Assembly (NCBI GenBank): GCA_001643675.2
Contig: LSRY02000046.1
Coordinates: 248,001 to 312,000, forward strand
Length of the DNA stretch: 64,000 nt
DNA from: Monocercomonoides exilis PA203
Lineage: Eukaryota; Protista; Preaxostyla
Direction: 5' to 3'
A model generated the notes under the pieces. It saw only the letters and a list, made by a program, of their open reading frames with translations. It did not search any database and was not told the DNA's origin. Position 1 is the first letter of the stretch, and every line of letters begins with the position of its first letter. The translations under genes were made by a program, and so were the position numbers. This document shows positions 55,004 to 64,000 of this stretch, one piece after another.

Positions 55004-55075
55004 TGCTCCTACCTGGATTCGAACCAGGATTACAGGATTCAGAGTCCTAGGTGCTAACCATTACACTATAGGAGC
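55004..55075 (-). tRNA. tRNA-Gln(CTG)
   Basis: GCTCCTATAGTGTAATGGTTAGCACCTAGGACTCTGAATCCTGTAATCCTGGTTCGAATCCAGGTAGGAGCA; cloverleaf with anticodon CTG. Confidence 0.95.
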
Positions 55076-56345
55076 TTCAGACGTTTAAATTTTCGTATAA
55101 TAGATTTATAGCTTGAATTTATAAGTATAAAAAATAGTCTTTCACATTTTTAAATGGTATTTGAATGATTTTAATAAGTATTATTTTGTTTCAAAACATT
55201 TTCAAAATCGAAAAAAAAAATTTTTTTAGGAGTTTGATAATTCGACATTTGATCGAAGTGAATATTATTATTAGAATAATCTCATTTCTCTCCAATTTAA
55301 CCAGTAAATTTGAATTGAAAATTTTGATTATGAGCAGACGGGATTATTTTGGAAACCACTGTATTATTCCAACGAAACCTTCAACAATATTTTTCTGATG
55401 CTCTTTTCAAAAATAAGGAGCGAAAAAATAGATTAGATCAACTTTGTAACTCGTTATTACAAAAAAGAAATACTTTTCTTTTCTTATATATTGAACAGTT
55501 ATTACCTGCCATTAATAAAATTGAAAACTAGTGAGGACAAAAGAAAAGATTGGATGAGTTTCCGATATCCATGATTTTTTTTCAAATCGAAGAGATTGTA
55601 TTTTCTCAAATCGGAGCAATCAACGATCATATGGAAAAGATGAAGAGTGTAACTTATTGAAAGGAAAATTGATTGTAAAGCGAGAAAAAGAAGAGAAATT
55701 TGTTTAATTATTCAAATAACAGATAAATCAAATTCTGAACAAATCATAATTTCTAAGCACTTAACTGCAGAGAGGACTTTATCAAAATTATTTTAAGGTT
55801 TCAGGAGCAGAAACTGGAGGAGGAGAGAGTGTGCGCATGCTTGAGTGATGTTTCACTTTGCGCTCGATTCCAAGCACATGTGGAGGAGGCATGCTTTGTG
55901 AAACTGTTCCTGCAACACATTCAAAAAGAGGAGCATTCAATTCATTATCATTTCTCCTTCTTCTATTAATGCAAATACTTAGCCAATACCCCATGCAGTC
56001 ATGAGATGATATTTCTGAATTTTCCTAATTCTTTTTGAATTCTGGATATTCGATAATGAATGTCACACCAAAAATGACAACGACAGAAGCATATGATATG
56101 TTCATATCTTGTTGGCTATATGAATGTTTCGGCACACCAAGAAGAAGGAATAGCTAAAGAAAGGAATTCTTATTCAGTTTGTGGAAATTTATGGATGTTG
56201 AACTGGCGAGCTATGCGAAAGAGATGAGTCAGAAACATTCAAAAAAATAAGCGTTACGAAAAGTTGGAACATGATCAATGCGAGCTTGGAAAAGATGCTG
56301 TTTCAGGAAATCACGAAAGCGAAGCAACAACAATTTAATTTGGTA

Positions 56346-57409
56346 CAATGAGTAAAATACCCGGAACATGGTAAAAAACACGGAATTTTTATTAAAATTC
56401 ATATATCTCGACAAGTTTAAAAAATTAAATTATAATAATTCACACATTCATACATCAGTATATAACACATCTAACCATATTGAAATTTTTATTTGTTGTG
56501 TTGTATTAATGAAGAAATAAATAATTATTATTTTTGATAATCTGACTTTTAATGAATTTTTCTGTTTCAACAAAACGATTCAATTCCTCTTTTACACATG
56601 TAACTTATTTTTTCTTTGTTACAAACTGTTCGGATTATTTTTCATTTTTGGCAATTTGCTATTTCTGACGGAATGAAAATCTGTCATTTTCAAAAAATCA
56701 CAGTCAATGGGATAACTTAAAAAATATTTTTTGCAAAACACAAAAACATCCAAGTGAATTTAACACATGCATCAATAAATATGATAGTTATATAAAATTT
56801 CTTCATTGTTAAAATTTGTAATAATACTATTATTATTTCAAGAATAAAAATTGTTTTCATAATTGATAATTTTAATGATCATTTTCATAGATTTTACAAC
56901 CAAATTGTATTTTGTGAAATACCTACTGAATCATTTTTAATTTTAACAATGAAGAAATTTTATATAACTATCATATTTATTGATGCATGTGTTAAATTCA
57001 CTTGGATGTTTTTGTGTTTTGCAAAAAATATTTTTTAAGTTATCCCATTGACTGTGATTTTTTGAAAATGACAGATTTTCATTCCGTCAGAAATAGCAAA
57101 TTGCCAAAAATGAAAAATAATCCGAACAGTTTGTAACAAAGAAAAAATAAGTTACATGTGTAAAAGAGGAATTGAATCGTTTTGTTGAAACAGAAAAATT
57201 CATTAAAAGTCAGATTATCAAAAATAATAATTATTTATTTCTTCATTAATACAACACAACAAATAAAAATTTCAATATGGTTAGATGTGTTATATACTGA
57301 TGTATGAATGTGTGAATTATTATAATTTAATTTTTTAAACTTGTCGAGATATATGAATTTTAATAAAAATTCCGTGTTTTTTACCATGTTCCGGGTATTT
57401 TACTCATTG
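56346..57409. mobile_element. Long fold-back element (471-bp arms, 122-bp spacer), TA-flanked
   Basis: TA|CAATGAG...CTCATTG|TA; 56346-56816 is the reverse complement of 56939-57409; same family as 45170-46728 but without the nested MITE. Confidence 0.92.
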
Positions 57410-58689
57410 TACAAAGAAGATTTCAGTCATTGAGATTAACGGAGAGAAGAATGTGATTGGAACGAAATTTCTTTCTTCTTCATCTTTGTCTTTGTTTTCT
57501 TCTTCAACTTCTTCTTTTGCTGCTGATTCTGAAAATTCTGCACAAATGAATGATGCTCAGTCATAAAATCGTATCAAAGATAAAAAGAAAAGTAATTCCT
57601 CATTTCCTAATTTGGCACCAGAAAACATAGAGCTGCACTCATCGTCTGCTTATTTCTCACAGAAAAATAATATTTATTGCATGCACAGCAGCTGTTGATG
57701 TTCGGCCAAATGAAGAGCATATGGAATAATGGATCTTTTTTTTCCACGTTGATTTTTGAAGAGAAGGTAAAAAAATGCATATTGATGCTTTTCGATAGGT
57801 TGGGGTATGAAGAGTCTGGAAAGCAGTTGCAGAAGCTTCAGCAGGAGAAGCTCGACTTGAACGAAGATATGGAATGGATTTTTCTGAATATGATGAAAAG
57901 ATCAGTTAAGAAAAAGGAAAAAAAAAAAAGAGGAGAAAGATGAAAGGGAAGAGGTTTTGATGAAAAATTTGGGGAAATGAATTTTTTCCAGAAAAAATTC
58001 AAAATTTTGGAGAAAGTTCTCAAAAGAAGATGAGAATGACCTCCAGAATATTTATAAAAAGGAAAATCTTTGAGGATGGAGATTACAAGATGTTTTATTT
58101 TTACTGGAGATGACGGAAGGGATGAAGAGACATGGAATGCAGCGATTCTTTGACAAAGTGAGCGAGAGAAAGGGAAACAAAGGTTTGACATTTTTTAAAG
58201 TTATTTTATTTGACCTATTTTTAATATGATTTATTGTTTTTTCTTTTTATTTGTTTGAACAAAATTGTTTTTGCTAGCGTTTTCGTAAAACTTCAAGGGA
58301 GTGAAATTACATCAAACGATAGAAAGTGAAGGACAATGGAGGAATTAGCTTGGGAAAGAGCTTTATAGGATCATCATTATAAAAATGCATTGACAGCGAA
58401 GGACTGTCATATTTTTTTTATGAGATTCATTATATTTTCAGCAGAAAGAGACAAGAAAAGGGTTGTAAGATTTTTGGGGTTATAAGAAATATTTTATTGA
58501 GAGATATTGGGAGAGAATGAGAGGATGGGGCAGAAGATGAGTGAGAGAGAAGGCGGAGGAGGAATAGGAGGATGGGGAAGAGGAAAAGGAAGTGAAGGAA
58601 AAGGAAGTGAAGGAAGAGGAGGACAACGAGGAGGTGAAGGAAGAGATGGAGAAGGAAGAGGAGAAGGAAGAGAAGAAGAAAGCGAAGGA

Positions 58690-59170
58690 GGATGAAGTGT
58701 ATGGCGAGTGAGTCAGATTTCTCATCTTTTTGTGTGTCTTCAGCCCCACTTATCTCATCGCACTTTGTATGTCTTTCCCAATTAGAATTCTTCAACATCT
58801 CCACAAATCCATCGAAAGCCTCACATCTGGCTGAAGGGCCGAGTGAAAGAGTATTTCTGATGAGCAGCTGTTCCTTTTCGTCAGTTTGGGATGTTTATGA
58901 TGGGGGCATTGTCCCCTCTCTCAACAGTCCTTCATCTTCATTGTCTGCCTCGAACACCTCATTTATCGGATGTCATCGATCACAGAATGTTGCAGTCAAT
59001 GGGAGTGAAGGGAATCCATCGAAACCAGCGAGACAAAATCAGACAGACAATGGGGCGAATTCTTTCACTTGGTGTGCGTGGAACGACTCAAATACAACTT
59101 TGAGCGTGTGATTTTTATGCAAATAGCGCTTACATGTACATTGCCCCTCCATTTGATGATCTATCATCAG
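58690..59170 (-). pseudogene. Decayed gene fragment
   Basis: Coding-like frame (TLKVVFESFHAHQVKEF...EMLKNSNWERH) interrupted by several stops. Confidence 0.3.
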
Positions 59171-59255
59171 AAACGCTTTCTGTAAAATATTACTCATTAG
59201 ATGACCGCATCACATGTTCTTGAAAGTTGTTTTTGCATTTTCAACTCATTTTCCG

Positions 59256-59336
<81 letters not shown>
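59256..59336. repeat. Poly(A) of 47 nt followed by (GA)n
   Basis: Directly visible. Confidence 0.95.
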
Positions 59337-59338
<2 letters not shown>

Positions 59339-59762
59339 ATATTTTTGAAACTGATTGGAAATTGAGCGCAAACGTTCAAAAAGTACAATCATTTCCAATA
59401 AAATCCTATAAATTCCATAAAAATGGTTTATTGGGATTTTATTATGTGACTATAAAAACATCATTTCTCAATCTTTCTTTGGTAATTGGAACGAAATTTT
59501 TTGTTTTAGAAAATTTGTTCCATACTTCACATTCCTAAAAATTTTCTCAATTTGTTTATTTTTCAGTTATTTTTAGTATCATAATGAAAGACTTTTTCTG
59601 ATACAATTGCAGAAAAAGCTTGGAGCAAATTGATATCTTTTTGAAAAACACAAATATTCAGTACCAATTGGAAAAAATAACCATATTTAATTTTATTTTG
59701 ATGTCCCTTTAATTAGTGATTTTGATCAATCTGTGAATATCTTTGTGTATAACATACCAGTA

Positions 59763-62700
59763 ATGTTTATATGCACAATATTTTTGTATTCCTTTTTACT
59801 GCAAAGCGAAATATTTAAAGAAATCGAAGAGAATACCGATTTTACTTACTTATTTTTTGATGATAAAATTTCCGACAAAGATTTGAGAAAGAACTTTTCT
59901 GATTCGCATGAAACTTTCAAACAGGAAAATGTTAAGCAAAATCAATTTAGAGGGATTAACATAGATTTACAACAAACATTTGTTTATCCAGTTACGAATT
60001 CATTTTCATCGATCAGTCTTAAAAATTCAACTTTGACCTATGAAATGATGAACATAATTCTTACATCTTCAAAGCCATACGCAAATTGCGATTCAACATC
60101 CAAAATTGTTCTTTCAAGCGTCTCTACCATTACTACCGAAAAATTTCCTTCATTTATGTTTTCTGTTGAAGGAGGAAAAGTTTTTATTTCGAATTTCTCA
60201 ATCCATTCTTTCACTTCGAAAAATCTTGTATTTGGATCTTTGATGAAGTCAACACAATCGAACTCGTTATTATCTGTCGAAACAAGTAACTTTAAGGAAA
60301 TTTGCATTGCCAATAATAATCCATTTTTTGGTGATGAACTCACATCAAGAGTGTTACTGACAGATGTGCATTTGTCGAATATTTCCTTTTCTTCTTCTTA
60401 CAAATTATATAACCTTTCAACGCAACATAATATCAAACCTACAAGTGCCTTATGCAGAACAACAATCATCGGATGTATTTTCGAATCAACTGAAGGAAAC
60501 TTCTTCGGTTCTATCGTGTCTGACAAATGTTCATATGACAAGTTTTACGTGCAAAATACCACTTTTACACGAAGCAGAACATCTTACGGCCAAAGACAAG
60601 AAAAAACTGGAATAAAAAATTCTCTTTCCTTCGAAAATTGCGATTTCGTCAACATTTCCACAATTTCAAACGTGAATGGCGGAGCACTTTATGTTTCAGA
60701 AAATGGAGCTGCGGAATTAATTTTGAAGCACACATTGTTTGAGAATATTTCTTGTATTTCCAGTGAAGTTGGAAGCAATGTTGGACGAGGTGGTGCTGTC
60801 TGGATGAAAATGAGCGAAACGGTGATTGAGGGCTGCGTCTTTCGAAGTTGTCTATCAAGTGGATTAGGTGGCTGTATTTGTTCCGAGGGAAAGCAGATAA
60901 AAATAGACAGATGCCATTTCATTGAAGGAAGTTCACAGAACACAGAAGCAAGTGGAGTGTATGTTTCATCGGGACAAAGTGAGACACTGAATTGCTGGTT
61001 TCACAAATGCAATTCACAAGGTAGCGATAAGGGAAGCACTTTGTCTGTTCCTTGCTTTGATGGGGCAATGAAAATTAAGTTTTGTCTGTTTTCTGAGTGT
61101 GCTGCATTAGCAGAGACTGGAGGAATAAAAGTTGTGGAAGTTTCTCGAACATATTCAGCTTCTTCTTTTTCATCGTCGACAATTCAATCAATCTACAATG
61201 CCTTTAATGATGATGAAACAGAAATCTCATTCTGTTTGTTTATGATCAACAAAGTGAATTCAGTATCAGGTCCGAAAGGATCAGATGCTCTTATTGTTTC
61301 ATCAAGCTTCAGTTCTTCAAGCTATCCATTAAAAAACTGTGCATCAACCTCTGTCGAACCTCGGGTACGTATTAACCAGCAAGAACTAACTGGGATTATA
61401 CAAGATGCCGCAACAAAAAAAGATATTATTGTTGAAAGTGTTTCATCTTCATTTTCTTCGCATCGAAGCAAAGAAAACAACGAAATTGACTTGTCAAATG
61501 AAACGAAATGCCTTTATCAGGTTAGAATCAATTGTCGCCTTTTTGAAACAGCAGCAAATAATCCATCGGAAACAATGGAAACTATCTCTTTGCTGAAAGG
61601 AAATTATCAAGCTAAGTTCCATCTATGGGGTCTGTGCTAATTCGTTATTTTTTAATTTTTTGATTCTAATTTATTTTTAATTTATTTATTTTTTATTTTA
61701 TTGTATAATATTTAATTTTTGTAAAAATTTTTCTTTTCTTTCAATTTTATTCTAATTTTCAATTTCTAACTTTTTTTCAAAACCTTTTTATTCATTTCAT
61801 TATTAATTTGTTTATTTGCTTATTTTCCACAACATTTAGAAAGACCTCTTCTTCTAACTGGACCTGCCCCAGTCAAACAAACCGAATCGGCCGAAACATC
61901 TTCATTTATTGAACCAACAGCCACAATTTCCGCTTCTTCCCCTTTGACTCTGAAAGGCTCAGAAAATCCAGCTAATCCAATGAATGTGCCAGCTACTTTC
62001 ATTCTAAAGGGGATAATTTCTGTCAAATACATCACTTTTCTTCATCAACCGAATTCTGAGGCATTTAATGCTCTTTTTGAGATAAACTCGGAAAAAAGTG
62101 GAGTTATAAACGTTATTCAATGCAAATTTATGGCAAATTCCGAAATGGAAACAGAAAAATCGAATAAATCTCCTGTTTTTCTTGTCACAAGAGGAGATTT
62201 GTGCATTGAAAAATGTCTATTCACTGACCTCTCTTTTTCTGGTGAGTCAATTATAAGTTGCAAAGCTAAAGAAAACTGCGCAGTTCAAATATGGGTTAAA
62301 GATTCGGATTTTAATAATGTTAGTACAATTCATGCCACTTCTGAACAAGGAGAATTAAAGCCATCTTCTTGTATTTCTGGAGTTTTAAATACGAAAACTA
62401 TTTCAGATGAAGAAATGGGGCAAATCAATGCAGGAGATAAATTAAGTATAACTGGATGTTCATTCAATGGCTGTTGGACGGCTATTTCTTCAAAGGGAAC
62501 AGGAGGAGCAATAGGAATGAAAATAGAAGGAGAGCAAGCTGTGTTTATTGTGCGAAGTAGCTCTTTCAGTCATTGTGGAGTGGTTAATCGTGTTCCAAAA
62601 TCAGAAAGCGACGAAAGCAGTCTTTCTGGTACAGGAATTGGAGGAGGCGTTTATGTGAACATGGATTGTAATGAAAATCACGTGAAATTTGAAAAAGTGC

Positions 62701-64000
62701 AATTTGATAGCAACTGCAAAGGAAGCGAAGGGAAAAAGCTATTCATTCAGAACACAAGTTCGATTGCTTTGAGCTACTATCATTTTGCTGATGTGTTTTT
62801 AGACACTGAACTCGGTCGGCCTGACACATACGATAATCTCTACATGTGTGGTTCACCTTCTGGCCCATCAATCAATCTTTTGACTGTTTGTGCAGGGAAT
62901 AAAGTGGATTATGTTAGTGAATTAGGTGAAGATGAGCTTGGATGTGGGCATTATGGCTCATCAGGAAAAGCATGCAAATCATTGGGAATGGCTTTGCAAC
63001 AATGCAATTGGAAGACACACGATGTTGAAGTGAGTGGGACAGTTTATTGCGATTATGCTGTTAACACGGGCGACACTTCATGGACGCTCCGAGCACCTTC
63101 TTCAGGAACGGCTGAGGTACAATTTGCACTTAGCGAAGCACCAGCCACAAGAAAACAAGCAAATGAAGTGACTCAAACAGAATTTGATGAAGCATTTTCT
63201 TTGTTTTTCAATGCTGATCCTTTGTACAACACTTTTATCACCTCCACAGGGGGAAGAGTGGAATTCAAATCAATAGCCATTGCTTTTAATCCAACTACAT
63301 ACAGCAGTTCAAGAATAAGAAACGGATTTAGAAAGACAAATGGAGAATTTGTGATGAACAACGTGGAAGTTAAAGCAATATCAGGTTCTCCTTCTCCTTC
63401 TCCATCAGCTTATCTCGAGTCATATTTAAATATTACATCGAATTTGATTACTATTAAAAGCTGCAACATAAACTCAGTTTCTCACACACATAACTCAAAC
63501 CCAACAACTCCCTTTCGCTATGAAGTTATTCCATTTATTTCTTCAGATGGAACAATAAGCAATGGAAAGATGACAATCACTGGAGGAACATACAAAGGAG
63601 TGAAGACATCATATGGCAAAGGAGCATGTTATAATATTGTTCTGAAGGATAAAAGCTCACTTTATATAAGTGGAGCCATTTTTGGAGGAGATCCCGCAAA
63701 TGAAGCCATAAGTGCAGTTCAAGGTGGATGTATTTATGTTGAATGGAAGGAAACGGGAAGCAAGAATTTATTGAATAATGCTAAGAACAAAGGAAATAAT
63801 GAAATTTCTTCAAAATTTGAAGAAATTTCAATGAAAAATTCACACTTTCCAAATGCTGAAGCTGACAATGATCAAATTGTCTCCATCACCGATTGCTCCT
63901 TTACTAACAGCAAATGCACTCCTTCATCAAGTTATATAACCAATGGTGTTTATCCATTGGGAGGCGCTGTATATGTGACAGCTCCGCCTGAGGCGAAAAT
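59763..64000 (+). CDS. Large PMP/pectin-lyase-fold surface protein, 3'-partial; intron 61630-61839
   Basis: Signal-like N-terminus; repeated GGA(L/V/I) and FxxC motifs; a phase-1 GTCTGT..TTTAG intron joins to a frame that appears open to the window end. Confidence 0.85.

Noticed and set aside
55790-56300. Possible pogo/DDE_1 transposase relic (HFALDSKH...SIQFIIISP...*PI)
   Set aside because: Too decayed to support by eye; needs a translated HMM search.
61611-61620. Non-canonical CTAAGT splice donor
   Set aside because: A canonical GTCTGT donor at 61630 has the correct phase.

Overview
AT-rich, intron-containing eukaryotic DNA read with the standard genetic code. The gene families (PMP/pectin-lyase-like surface proteins, receptor pseudokinase, Ser-rich low-complexity proteins) and short GTNNGT..YAG introns suggest an oxymonad such as Monocercomonoides; this is inference, not a database result. 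Recognisable host genes: ARL3, RPB5, a PPP phosphatase, a CFAP210-like axonemal protein, a TOM1/GPR137-like membrane protein, tRNA-Gly(GCC) and tRNA-Gln(CTG). Probable prokaryote-derived genes: a spliced FtnA-type ferritin and a convergent pair of intronless acyltransferase-3 (WecH/OafA-like) genes. Intergenic DNA is dense in DNA transposons: an intact Merlin (IS1595-like) element with an 8-bp TSD, a piggyBac-ended element enclosing a decayed host-family gene, several MITE families and three long fold-back elements. The most striking signal is in the fold-back elements. Their two arms look identical within a copy but are clearly diverged between copies, and one carries a nested MITE mirrored exactly in both arms, which implies arm-to-arm copying. 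All alignments and exon calls were made by eye.
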